A stretch of 64,000 bases of DNA from Alphaproteobacteria bacterium (GTDB lineage: Bacteria; Pseudomonadota; Alphaproteobacteria; CAAGCB01; CAG-977). Shown in pieces: positions 36,618 to 46,208 of this stretch; position 1 is the first letter of the stretch; each line of letters opens with the position of its first letter. Where the stretch lies: contig CAAGCB010000012.1 in the NCBI GenBank assembly GCA_900768185.1, positions 15,461 through 79,460 of the forward strand, in the 5' to 3' direction. A program made the translations under genes and the position numbers. Below the pieces are notes generated by a model. It ran no database searches. It was not told where the DNA came from and worked only from the letters and a program-made list of their open reading frames with translations.

Positions 36618-37946
36618 ATGAAAAGACTGTTTTTTGCTTGTTTGCTGTTTGTTTTCGGCGTCGTTCCGGCGGCGCGCGCGGAGCTGAGCATCGATATTAC
36701 GGGCGCGCGTTCCGAACCGATGAAAACGGGACTGCCCGTGTTTTCGTCAAACGGGGCGGCGGGGGCTAAAATCGCCAAAGACATGACGAACGTCATCGAA
36801 AGCGATCTGGAAAGCTCCGGTCTGTTCCGCATTTTGGATTCCATGGCGTATTTGCAGACGTTCAAATCGATTTCGGACGCCCCCGCTTTCGTCGATTGGC
36901 AGGCGATCAAGGCAGAAGCGCTGATACAAGGGCACGTTGATTACCAAAATCCCAAAAAAATACGCGTTTCCGTTCGTTTGTGGGACGTGTACGCGGCGCA
37001 GGAAATGTATTCCGCGACGTTGGAAATCGCCCAAAACGGCTGGCGTCGCGCGGCGCACATGATCGCGGACGCCGTTTATAAACGCGTTACGGGCGAAGAC
37101 GGGTATTTCGATACCCGCATCGTGTACATCGCCGAAACGGGGTCGCCGCTGAACCGCATCAAACGGCTGGCGATTATGGATCAGGACGGCGAAAACCACC
37201 AGTTTTTGACCGACGGTTTGAATTTGGTTTTAACGCCGCGTTTTTCGCCGAACATGCAACAGATCACCTATCTGTCGTTTTACAAGGACACGCCCCGCGT
37301 CTATCTGTTCGACATCGAAACGGGCAAACAGCAGGTCGTCGGCGATTTCCCCGGCATGACGTTCGCGCCGCGTTTTTCGCCCGACGGGCATAAACTGATC
37401 ATGTCGATGGCGGAAAACGGCAAAACCGACATTTACGAGATGAACCTCGATACCCGCGCGGTGCGTTTGCTGACGCCGAAATCGCGCGCGATCGACACGT
37501 CGCCCAGTTATTCGCCCGACGGAAAAAGAATCGTGTTCAATTCCGACCGCAGCGGGGCGCAGCAGCTGTACGTCATGGATTCGAACGGTAAAAACGTCAA
37601 GCGCATCAGTTTCGGCAAAGGACGGTACGCCACGCCCGTGTGGTCGCCTCGCGGGGACTATATCGCTTTTACGAAAATGCTGGGAGGCAAGTTTTATATC
37701 GGCGTGATGTTCCCCGACGGCAAGGGCGAACGGCTGGTGGCGGAAGGCTATCTGGTCGAAGCGCCGACATGGTCGCCGAACGGACGCATTTTGATGTATT
37801 TCCGCCAAGATCCGCCCAATCGTTTCGGCATACCGGGGGCGACGAAGATTTACGCCGTCGACATTACGGGGTATAACGAACGCCGCCTGATTACGCCGAT
37901 CGACGCGTCGGATCCCGCGTGGTCGCCGCTTTTGTCGAAACGCTGA
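36618..37946 (+). CDS. tolB: Tol-Pal system beta-propeller protein TolB
   Basis: Signal peptide, TolB N-domain, repeated SPxFSPDG propeller blades. Confidence 0.9.
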   Translation: MKRLFFACLLFVFGVVPAARAELSIDITGARSEPMKTGLPVFSSNGAAGAKIAKDMTNVIESDLESSGLFRILDSMAYLQTFKSISDAPAFVDWQAIKAEALIQGHVDYQNPKKIRVSVRLWDVYAAQEMYSATLEIAQNGWRRAAHMIADAVYKRVTGEDGYFDTRIVYIAETGSPLNRIKRLAIMDQDGENHQFLTDGLNLVLTPRFSPNMQQITYLSFYKDTPRVYLFDIETGKQQVVGDFPGMTFAPRFSPDGHKLIMSMAENGKTDIYEMNLDTRAVRLLTPKSRAIDTSPSYSPDGKRIVFNSDRSGAQQLYVMDSNGKNVKRISFGKGRYATPVWSPRGDYIAFTKMLGGKFYIGVMFPDGKGERLVAEGYLVEAPTWSPNGRILMYFRQDPPNRFGIPGATKIYAVDITGYNERRLITPIDASDPAWSPLLSKR

Positions 37947-38037
37947 AAAACCGCGAAAAAACAGTTGCGAAACCTTGCGATTTTATTTACATTCAATCAC
38001 AGAGGAATCAATTCACCTTTGTTTAGGAGCATTTTTA

Positions 38038-38493
38038 ATGAAAAAACATCTGATTGCCGCTTTTGCCGCCGTCGCTTTGGTTTCGGGTTGCGCTTCCAAC
38101 GCCCCCGTCGAAGAAGACGTCAATGTCAACGTTGCCGTTGAAGAAGGTCAGGAATCCGTCATGAACGCCAAAGACCGCGTTTATTTCGGTTTCGATCAGT
38201 ACAATCTGACCAACGAAGCGATGGAAGTTTTGCAGGAACAGGCGCGTTTTCTGGTCGACAATCCCGAAGCGTCCGTCGTTGTCGAAGGTCACACCGACGA
38301 TCGCGGCACGCGCGATTACAACTTGGCTCTGGGCGAACGCCGCGCGGTTTCCGTTAAAAACTATCTGATCGCCAACGGTGTCGACGCCGGTCGCATTCGC
38401 GTCATCTCTTACGGCAAGGAACGTCCCGCCGTCGTCGGCGCGAACGAAGCCGCTTGGGCTCAAAACCGCCGCGCCGTCACGGTTGTGAAGTAA
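38038..38493 (+). CDS. pal: Peptidoglycan-associated lipoprotein Pal
   Basis: Lipobox LVSGCAS; OmpA-C domain VEGHTDDRGTRDYNLALGERRAVSVKNYL. Confidence 0.9.
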   Translation: MKKHLIAAFAAVALVSGCASNAPVEEDVNVNVAVEEGQESVMNAKDRVYFGFDQYNLTNEAMEVLQEQARFLVDNPEASVVVEGHTDDRGTRDYNLALGERRAVSVKNYLIANGVDAGRIRVISYGKERPAVVGANEAAWAQNRRAVTVVK

Positions 38494-38533
38494 TCGTTTG
38501 TTTGAACGACCAACGGTCATCTTTCTTGATGTG

Positions 38534-38566
38534 AAAAAGCACCCTACAATCAGGGTGCTTTTTTCA
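38534..38566 (+). terminator. Rho-independent terminator after pal
   Basis: 12-bp stem AAAAAGCACCCT / AGGGTGCTTTTT with acaatc loop and T-run. Confidence 0.7.
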
Positions 38567-38588
38567 TTGAACGCAAAGGAGAAAACCG

Positions 38589-39017
38589 ATGAATAAAAAA
38601 ATGCTGGGCGCGCTGGGCGCGCTGATGATGGTGTCGGCGTGCGCGCATCACGCCACGACGTGCGAAAACTTTAAACAGGTGTTTAAACAGGAACAGGTGT
38701 TGTTTTCGTCAAACAGGGCGGAGCTGGACGCCGAAAGCAAAGCCGTTCTGGATCATCAGGCCGACTGGCTGAAAAAGAATCCGCGCAGAAAAGTCGTCAT
38801 TCAGGGATACGCCGATCCGCGCGGAACGGAAGCCCATAACATGAATTTGGGTATGAAGCGCGCCGACGCGGTTAAAGCTTATCTGGTTAAATCGGGCGTC
38901 AATCCCGATCAAATCGCCGTGACCAGCAAAGGCGCGACCGAACTGGCGACCACGCAGAACACCACGCAGGGGTGGACGGCGGACCGCCGCGCCCTGACGC
39001 TGATCGTAACGGAATGA
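38589..39017 (+). CDS. Second OmpA-family lipoprotein (Pal paralog)
   Basis: Lipobox MVSACAH; OmpA-C domain IQGYADPRGTEAHNMNLGMKRADAVKAYL. Confidence 0.7.
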   Translation: MNKKMLGALGALMMVSACAHHATTCENFKQVFKQEQVLFSSNRAELDAESKAVLDHQADWLKKNPRRKVVIQGYADPRGTEAHNMNLGMKRADAVKAYLVKSGVNPDQIAVTSKGATELATTQNTTQGWTADRRALTLIVTE

Positions 39018-39046
39018 CGCGTCGTAAAAAAATGTTAGCATAAACG

Positions 39047-39080
39047 AAAGAGTGCTTTATAATAAGCACTCTTTTATTTT
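39047..39080 (+). terminator. Rho-independent terminator after the second OmpA lipoprotein
   Basis: 11-bp stem AAAGAGTGCTT / AAGCACTCTTT followed by ttatttt. Confidence 0.6.
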
Positions 39081-39094
39081 ATCGGCAGGTTGAA

Positions 39095-39997
39095 ATGAAC
39101 GGTTTTTTTTCGATTGCGGTTTTGACTGTTTTTTTGTGGGCGAACGATGCGGGCGCGGTGTCGATCAATATCGTCGAATTGGCGGAACGCATGGATAAAA
39201 TCGAAACGGCGGTCAAGGGTGTTCAAAAAAAACTGTCGAACAATTACGTCGGCGCGAAACAGCCCGCCGTTCAGCCGCAAACGGACAGCCGCTATGACGC
39301 TTTGTTGTTGCAGGCTCAGGAAAACGAGCAGACGCTGCGTCTGTTGACGGGCGAGATTGAAACGATCAAATTCAATCAGGAAGAATTGAAAAGCAAGATT
39401 GAACGGCTGGGGGACGACGCGTCTTTGCGTTTTTCCGATTTGGAAAAGCGGCTGGACGCTCTGGAAAATCGGTTTAAAAAGATGGACGATGAAAAGACCG
39501 CCGCCGAAAACGCCGTCAAAGAGGCTGAAAAAAAGAAAAAGGAACAACGTGCCGCCGCCGCGAAAGCCGCGAAGGAAAAAGATCGGCAGATCAAAGAAAA
39601 ATACGGCAAGAAAAAGCCGAAAGAATTGTATGACGAAGCCACCGCCGCCGTGAAAAAACAGCAATATAAAACGGCGCAGACGCTGTTCGAGGCGTTTTTG
39701 CATCTGTATCCGAAAAACGCTTTGGCGGGCAACGCGCAGTATTGGCTGGGCGAAACGTATTTCGCGCGCAACCGGTACGCCGACGCCGCGGTCGCTTTCG
39801 CCGACGGATTCCAAAATTACCGCGACAGTCAAAAAGCCCCCGACAACCTGTTTAAACTGGGCGTTTCTCTGGCGAAATTGAAAAAGAAAAAAGACGCATG
39901 CACCGCTTTCGCCAGCTTTGCCCGCGAATATCCGAAAGTCGCCGAAACCATGAAAAAACGGCTGGACGCCGAAGTCAAAGCGCTGGCATGTCAGTAA
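39095..39997 (+). CDS. cpoB: Cell division coordinator CpoB (YbgF), coiled coil + TPR
   Basis: Signal peptide, central coiled coil, C-terminal TPR-like YWLGETYFARNRYADAAVAF; position after pal. Confidence 0.8.
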   Translation: MNGFFSIAVLTVFLWANDAGAVSINIVELAERMDKIETAVKGVQKKLSNNYVGAKQPAVQPQTDSRYDALLLQAQENEQTLRLLTGEIETIKFNQEELKSKIERLGDDASLRFSDLEKRLDALENRFKKMDDEKTAAENAVKEAEKKKKEQRAAAAKAAKEKDRQIKEKYGKKKPKELYDEATAAVKKQQYKTAQTLFEAFLHLYPKNALAGNAQYWLGETYFARNRYADAAVAFADGFQNYRDSQKAPDNLFKLGVSLAKLKKKKDACTAFASFAREYPKVAETMKKRLDAEVKALACQ

Positions 39998-41253
39998 CGC
40001 GTACCCGCGCCGTTTTTGAAAAAGCCATGCGATCGTTCGGTTTTCCGAACGGGGATAAAATCGCCGTCGCCGTGTCGGGCGGGGCGGACAGTTCTGCGGT
40101 TTGCCTGTTGGCGCGGGAATTTATCGAAAAATTCGGCGGGGAAATGATCGCTTTGATTGTCGATCACGGCTTGCGCCCCGCGTCGCGGGAACAGGCTTTG
40201 ATTACCGTCGAACGGCTTTCGCGTCGCGGAATAGATTGCCGTCTGTTGACGTGGACGGGGGAAAAACCGGCGACCGGCGTCGAAAAAGCTGCGCGCGAAG
40301 CCCGCTATCGCCTGTTGTCCGACGCGTGCCGCGCGACGGGGGCAAAGGCGTTGTTGCTGGGACATCACAGACAGGATCAGGCGGAAACTTTTTTGATGCG
40401 TCGGGCGCGCGGCAGCGGGACGGTCGGTCTGGCGGGCATGTCTGCCGTCCGCGCGGCGGTTTTCGGACGGATTTTGCGTCCCGTTCTGGGGCTTTATCCC
40501 GCCGATTTGCGCGAATACGACCGTGAAGCGGGTTTGGATTGGGTTGAAGACGAAACCAATCTGTCCGATTGTTTCGAACGCGGGCGTCTGCGTCAAACGC
40601 TGACGGCGGTCGAAATCGACGACGCGTTCAATCAAACGCTGCTTTTCGGGGAAAAACGCCGCGCGCTGGAAGAACGGGCGAACGCTTTTGTCGGCGAAAG
40701 CGTCGAAGAATCCGATTTCGGTTATTTGCTGTTTGACAGGGCGTCTTTTAACGCGCTTGAACGGGAAACGGCGCTGTATTTGCTGGGCGCGTTTTTGCGC
40801 CGTGTCGCGAACCGCGCTTATCCGCCGCGGTCGGAATCTCTGGTCGGGCTGTATGAAAATTTGCGCGAACGGAATTTCGCGGGATCGACTTTGGGCGGTT
40901 GCCGTCTGGCGCCGACGACAAAGAATCGAATGATTGTTTGGCGCGAGGAAAGTGATCTGCCGCCGCCCGTGACGGTGACGGGCGTTTCCCGCTTTTCGTG
41001 GGACGGATTTTCTTTCGAATTTGAATGTCCGCTTGATTTTCCGGTCACGGTCGCGCCGCTGGGACGCCGTTTGAAAATCGGCAAAGTGTTTGCCAAGCGG
41101 GCTTTTTCCGTTCTGCCCGCGATTTTTGACAATCAGGGGCTTTTTATTGTCCCGCATTTGGGGTATAAACGAACGAAAACAACTTGTCAGGTCGTCCGGT
41201 CGTCCGAAAACGCTTTGCGCGCGACGGTGCCGTGGACGCGTCCTGTGATGTAA
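39988..41253 (+). CDS. tilS: tRNA(Ile)-lysidine synthetase TilS
   Basis: PP-loop SGGADSSAV; start taken at ATG 39988 overlapping the cpoB end. Confidence 0.85.
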   Translation: MSVTRTRAVFEKAMRSFGFPNGDKIAVAVSGGADSSAVCLLAREFIEKFGGEMIALIVDHGLRPASREQALITVERLSRRGIDCRLLTWTGEKPATGVEKAAREARYRLLSDACRATGAKALLLGHHRQDQAETFLMRRARGSGTVGLAGMSAVRAAVFGRILRPVLGLYPADLREYDREAGLDWVEDETNLSDCFERGRLRQTLTAVEIDDAFNQTLLFGEKRRALEERANAFVGESVEESDFGYLLFDRASFNALERETALYLLGAFLRRVANRAYPPRSESLVGLYENLRERNFAGSTLGGCRLAPTTKNRMIVWREESDLPPPVTVTGVSRFSWDGFSFEFECPLDFPVTVAPLGRRLKIGKVFAKRAFSVLPAIFDNQGLFIVPHLGYKRTKTTCQVVRSSENALRATVPWTRPVM

Positions 41254-41266
41254 AGGCGGTTTTGAC

Positions 41267-43174
41267 GTGAAGAAAAACTTTTTTATGTGGCTGTTGATCG
41301 GCGTCGTCCTGTATTCGCTGTTTGATTCGTTTTCGGACAAGACGACGTCGGGCGACCGTTCGGCGATGGCTTTTTCCGAATTCGCGCAACAGGTGGATCA
41401 GGGCAAAGTCCGCGAAGTCGTTTTGCAGGGCAATAAAATAGCGGGCATTTTGTCCGACGGACATAAATTCGCGCTTTACGCCCCCGACGACGCGGGATTG
41501 GTCGACAAACTGCTGGACAAGGACGTGCGCGTGACCGCCGTTCCGCCCGAAAGCGGTTCGTTTTGGAGCGGGCTGGTCTATTGGCTGCCGTTCGTTCTGT
41601 TCATCGGCGTGTGGGTGTTCTTTATGCGTCAGATGTCCGCCGGCAACGGCAAGGCGATGAGCTTCGGCAAATCGCGCGCCCGTATGCTGGAAGGACAGGG
41701 CAAGGTCACGTTCGCCGACGTGGCGGGCATTGACGAAGCCAAAGAGGATCTGGTCGAAATCGTCGACTATTTGAAAGATCCCGCCCGTTTTCAGCGTCTG
41801 GGCGGTAAAATCCCCCGCGGCGTTTTGCTGGTCGGTCCCCCCGGAACGGGCAAAACCCTGCTGGCGAAAGCCGTCGCGGGCGAGGCGGACGTTCCGTTTT
41901 TTACGATTTCCGGTTCGGATTTCGTCGAAATGTTCGTCGGCGTCGGCGCTTCGCGCGTGCGCGATATGTTTGAACAGGCGAAAAAACACGCGCCGTGTCT
42001 GGTCTTTATCGACGAAATCGACGCGGTCGGACGTCATCGCGGCGCGGGGCTGGGCGGCGGCAACGACGAACGCGAACAGACGCTGAACCAGCTGTTGGTG
42101 GAAATGGACGGTTTCGACACGAACGAAGCGGTCATTCTGATCGCGGCGACGAACCGTCCCGACGTGCTTGATCCCGCTTTGCTGCGCCCCGGTCGTTTCG
42201 ACCGTCAGGTCGTCGTGCCGAATCCGGATCTGGTCGGACGCGAAAAAATCCTTGCCGTCCATATGAAAAAAAGCCCGATGGGGCCCGATGTCGATATCAA
42301 AAAAATCGCGCGCGGCACTCCCGGATTTTCGGGTGCGGATCTGGCGAATCTGGTCAACGAAGCGGCTTTGCTGGCGGCGCGGCGCAACAAACGCGTCGTG
42401 ACGATGGCGGAATTCGAATACGCCAAGGACAAAGTCATGATGGGCGCGGAACGCAAATCCCACATCATGACCGAGGACGACAAGAAAATGACCGCCTATC
42501 ACGAAGCCGGACACGCCTTGATGATTTTGGAATCGCCGCATTCCGATCCGTTGCACAAGGTCACGATCATTCCGCGCGGTCGGGCGTTGGGCGTCACGAT
42601 GTCCCTGCCGACGGACGACAAGGATTCGCGGTCCTATATTTATTTGAAAGAACGCATGGGAATCTGTTTCGGCGGTCGTGTGGCGGAAGAAATGATCTTC
42701 GGCGCGGAAAACGTGTCGACGGGCGCGTCGCAGGACATTCGCGTGGCGACGAACATCGCGCGCAACATGGTCACGCAGTGGGGCATGAACAAAAATATCG
42801 GTCCCGTCGCGATCGAGGAACCCGACGGCGAAGTGTTTTTAGGCTATTCGATTTCACAGCGCAAAAACGTTTCCGAAGAACTGGCGGCGAAAGTCGATGC
42901 GGAAATCAAGGATCTGATTGACGAAGCCTATCGCACCTGCGAACGCGTGTTGCATGACAAACGCGACGCGCTGGAAAGTATCGCGCAGGGGCTGTTGGAA
43001 TACGAAACGCTGACGGCGGACGAGGTCAACGCCTTGATTCGCGGCGAAAAAATCACCCGCGAAGAGGAAGGCGTCCATGTTTCCGCGCGGTCGACCGTTC
43101 CGATTACGGACGTCGCGGAACCGTCCGGCGGGACGGACGGTGAAAAATCCGGCGGCGTTGACCCGCGGGAATGA
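41267..43174 (+). CDS. ftsH: ATP-dependent zinc metalloprotease FtsH
   Basis: Two N-terminal TMs, AAA Walker [12 protein letters not shown], zinc site HEAGHAL. Confidence 0.95.
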   Translation: MKKNFFMWLLIGVVLYSLFDSFSDKTTSGDRSAMAFSEFAQQVDQGKVREVVLQGNKIAGILSDGHKFALYAPDDAGLVDKLLDKDVRVTAVPPESGSFWSGLVYWLPFVLFIGVWVFFMRQMSAGNGKAMSFGKSRARMLEGQGKVTFADVAGIDEAKEDLVEIVDYLKDPARFQRLGGKIPRGVLLVGPPGTGKTLLAKAVAGEADVPFFTISGSDFVEMFVGVGASRVRDMFEQAKKHAPCLVFIDEIDAVGRHRGAGLGGGNDEREQTLNQLLVEMDGFDTNEAVILIAATNRPDVLDPALLRPGRFDRQVVVPNPDLVGREKILAVHMKKSPMGPDVDIKKIARGTPGFSGADLANLVNEAALLAARRNKRVVTMAEFEYAKDKVMMGAERKSHIMTEDDKKMTAYHEAGHALMILESPHSDPLHKVTIIPRGRALGVTMSLPTDDKDSRSYIYLKERMGICFGGRVAEEMIFGAENVSTGASQDIRVATNIARNMVTQWGMNKNIGPVAIEEPDGEVFLGYSISQRKNVSEELAAKVDAEIKDLIDEAYRTCERVLHDKRDALESIAQGLLEYETLTADEVNALIRGEKITREEEGVHVSARSTVPITDVAEPSGGTDGEKSGGVDPRE

Positions 43175-43281
43175 TCTTTCGTATGGTTTTGTAACAGAAT
43201 GTGTATTGAACGTCCCGTCGGATTTGGTAAAACGAAACGGCGGGACATCACCGTATAACGGATTATTTTAAGGAGCTTGAC

Positions 43282-44661
43282 ATGGCGGTAAGAAAACTTT
43301 TCGGAACGGACGGCGTTCGCGGCAAAGCGAACCAATACCCGATGACGGCGGAAATCGCGCTGAAACTGGGGATTGCGGCTGGATCTTTGTTCAAACGCGG
43401 CGACCACCGCCGGCAGGTCGTCATCGGCAAAGACACGCGCCTGTCGGGCTATATGATCGAAACCGCGCTGACGGCGGGCTTTACGGCGGTCGGCATGGAC
43501 GTTTTGCTGTTGGGACCGATGCCCACCCCCGCGGTGGCGATGCTGACCCGTTCGATGCGCGCCGATCTGGGCGTCGTCATTTCCGCGTCGCACAACCCGT
43601 ACGAGGATAACGGCATCAAATTCTTCGGTCCCGACGGCTACAAGCTGTCCGACGAAATGGAATTGGAAATCGAAGAACGCGTATTCGGCGACACAAAGGA
43701 CTGCTTGGCGCCGTCGTCGCAAATCGGACAGGCGCGGCGGTTGGACGACGCGGTCGGTCGCTATATCGAATACGCGAAAAACACGTTCCCGCGCGGCAAG
43801 CGTCTGGACGGGCTGAAAGTCGTTCTGGATTGCGCGAACGGCGCGTCCTATCGCGTCGCTCCGACGGTTTTGTACGAATTGGGGGCGGAGGTCGTCGCCA
43901 TCAGCGTCGATCCCGACGGGCGCAACATCAACGCCGATTGCGGCGCTTTGCACACGGATAAAATGTGCGCCGAAGTCGTCAAACAGGGCGCGGACATCGG
44001 CATCGCTTTGGACGGCGACGCCGACCGGCTGATCGTTTGCGACGAAAAGGGGCAGGTGATCGACGGCGATCAGATTTTGGCGCTGGTCAGCCGCGAATGG
44101 AAAGAAACCGGCATCTTGAAAGGCAACGGCGTCGTCACGACGGTGATGTCGAACTTGGGACTGGAAAGATACTTGAAATCGAACGGTATGAAGCACATTC
44201 GCACGCAGGTCGGCGACCGTTACGTCGTCGAACGGATGCGGGCTGACGGCTACAATCTGGGCGGCGAACAATCCGGTCATCTGATTTTGGGCGAACATTC
44301 GACGACGGGCGACGGGCTGGTCGCCGCGTTGCAGGTTTGCGCCGCCGTCGTCAAGGAAAGAAAGCCTGTCAGTCAGGTCATGCACCTGTTCGAACCCGTG
44401 CCGCAGTTGTTGAAAAACGTGCGCCTGTCGGATCGAGCTTTGGCGCGTGCGGCTTTGGACAGCGACCCCGTCAAAATCGCGATCGACAAGACGGAACGCG
44501 CGCTGGGCGACAACGGGCGGCTGTTGATTCGTCCGTCCGGCACGGAACCGCTGATCCGTATCATGCTGGAAGGCGAGGATCAGAATCAGATCGCCGCCAT
44601 GGCGGAGGAAATCGCGCAGGCTCTGGTCGGCGAAGTTAAAGCGTTGGAAGCGCACTTGTAA
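43282..44661 (+). CDS. glmM: Phosphoglucosamine mutase GlmM
   Basis: Active-site [25 protein letters not shown]-terminus. Confidence 0.95.
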   Translation: MAVRKLFGTDGVRGKANQYPMTAEIALKLGIAAGSLFKRGDHRRQVVIGKDTRLSGYMIETALTAGFTAVGMDVLLLGPMPTPAVAMLTRSMRADLGVVISASHNPYEDNGIKFFGPDGYKLSDEMELEIEERVFGDTKDCLAPSSQIGQARRLDDAVGRYIEYAKNTFPRGKRLDGLKVVLDCANGASYRVAPTVLYELGAEVVAISVDPDGRNINADCGALHTDKMCAEVVKQGADIGIALDGDADRLIVCDEKGQVIDGDQILALVSREWKETGILKGNGVVTTVMSNLGLERYLKSNGMKHIRTQVGDRYVVERMRADGYNLGGEQSGHLILGEHSTTGDGLVAALQVCAAVVKERKPVSQVMHLFEPVPQLLKNVRLSDRALARAALDSDPVKIAIDKTERALGDNGRLLIRPSGTEPLIRIMLEGEDQNQIAAMAEEIAQALVGEVKALEAHL

Positions 44662-44682
44662 TTTGAACAGGGGAATACGAAT

Positions 44683-45831
44683 ATGCAAAAACCCGTTGAA
44701 AAACCGAATTGTCCGAACTTTTCGTCCGGTCCCTGCGCCAAACGTCCGGGGTGGACGTTCGATGTTTTGAACGCGAACGTTTTGGGGCGTTCTCACCGTT
44801 CCGTTTTGGGGCGTTCGCGCCTGAAACTGGCGATTGATTTGATGAAAGAGGTTCTGGGCGTTCCTGAAACCTATCGCGTCGGCATCATGCCCGCGTCGGA
44901 CACGGGCGCGGTCGAAGCGGCGCTGTGGTCTTTGCTGGGGGCGAAAGGCGTTGATATGTTCGCGTGGGAAACGTTCGGCAAAGGCTGGGTGACTGACGTC
45001 GTCAAACAGCTGAAGCTGACCGACGTGCGCGTGTTTGATGCGCCTTACGGCTGTTTGCCCGATTTGTCGCAGGCGGATAAAGACCGCGACATCGTGTTCG
45101 CATGGAACGGTACGACATCGGGCGTTTGCGTTCCGAACGGCGATTGGATCGCCGCGGACAGGACGGGGGTGACGATTTGCGACGCGACTTCCGCGGCGTT
45201 TGCGATGGATCTGCCGTGGGACAAGCTGGACGTTGCGACGTTTTCGTGGCAGAAGGCGTTGGGCGGCGAAGCGGCGCACGGCGTGCTGATTCTCAGCCCG
45301 CGGGCGGTCGAACGGCTGGAAAGCTTTGTTCCCGACAGACCGATGCCGAAGATTTTCCGCATGACGGCGAACGGCAAGCTGAACGAAGGCATTTTCGTCG
45401 GCGACACGATCAATACGCCGTCCATGATGTGCGTCGAAGACGTGATCGACGCGCTGAACTGGGCGAAATCCGTCGGCGGTTTGCGCGGTATGATCGCCCG
45501 CAGCCGCGCGAATTTCGACGTGTTGGCGGATTTTGTCGCGCGTTCGGATTGGGCGGAATTTCTGGCGCGGGAACCGCAATACCGTTCCAACACGTCGGTG
45601 TGCCTGTCGATCAAAGCGGACTGGTTCAAACGGAAATCGCCCGATGAACAGAAAGAAACCGTGAAAAAAATGGTCAAACTGCTGGGCGACGAAGGCGTCG
45701 CGTTCGACTGCAACGCGTACAAAGACGCGCCCGCGGGGTTGCGTTTCTGGTGCGGGACGACGGTTGAAACGGACGACGTAAAGAAACTGTGTCCGTGGCT
45801 GGATTGGGCGTACGAACAAATCAAAGAATAA
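44683..45831 (+). CDS. serC: Phosphoserine aminotransferase (SerC-type class V aminotransferase)
   Basis: NFSSGPC N-terminus, ~380 aa, PLP-fold pattern. Confidence 0.7.
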   Translation: MQKPVEKPNCPNFSSGPCAKRPGWTFDVLNANVLGRSHRSVLGRSRLKLAIDLMKEVLGVPETYRVGIMPASDTGAVEAALWSLLGAKGVDMFAWETFGKGWVTDVVKQLKLTDVRVFDAPYGCLPDLSQADKDRDIVFAWNGTTSGVCVPNGDWIAADRTGVTICDATSAAFAMDLPWDKLDVATFSWQKALGGEAAHGVLILSPRAVERLESFVPDRPMPKIFRMTANGKLNEGIFVGDTINTPSMMCVEDVIDALNWAKSVGGLRGMIARSRANFDVLADFVARSDWAEFLAREPQYRSNTSVCLSIKADWFKRKSPDEQKETVKKMVKLLGDEGVAFDCNAYKDAPAGLRFWCGTTVETDDVKKLCPWLDWAYEQIKE

Positions 45832-45848
45832 AAAAACAACCGTTCACG

Positions 45849-45880
45849 AATCCCCCGATTTTAAAATCGGGGGATTTTCG
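45849..45880 (+). terminator. Rho-independent terminator after serC
   Basis: Palindrome AATCCCCCGATTTT / AAAATCGGGGGATT followed by a T-run. Confidence 0.7.
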
Positions 45881-46208
45881 CATTTAAAACTTGCTGTTGC
45901 CGACAATTTTCCCTAACCTGAAAAAAGACGCGCGCGGCATGGTGTCCGTGTGGTCAGAGCCTGAAAAAACAGGTTCGGAGCCGTCAGAAGCTCTTGCATG
46001 GGGGCGTTGATATAAACGCCCTAATCCGTTTTGCATGATGCGGAACGGAATTATATCCCCGATTTCCTTTACGGATCGGGGAGGATTTGACGTATGTTCA
46101 GAAGCCCCGATTTGAATCGGAACGCTTTAAAGGTCGATCGTCATTCCATGCAATGATTCTGAACTCTCCGATCCGCCTGATTTCAGGCGGAAACGGGGAG
46201 AGTTTTTT

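Noticed and set aside
39991-42556. Two long minus-strand ORFs (449 and 470 aa) antisense to tilS and ftsH
   Set aside because: They are shadow ORFs of strongly supported sense genes.
42928-45819. 963-aa minus-strand ORF antisense to ftsH, glmM and serC
   Set aside because: It overlaps three confidently identified essential genes on the opposite strand. Its composition is Arg/Ala/Gly-rich, typical of an out-of-frame GC-rich artefact.
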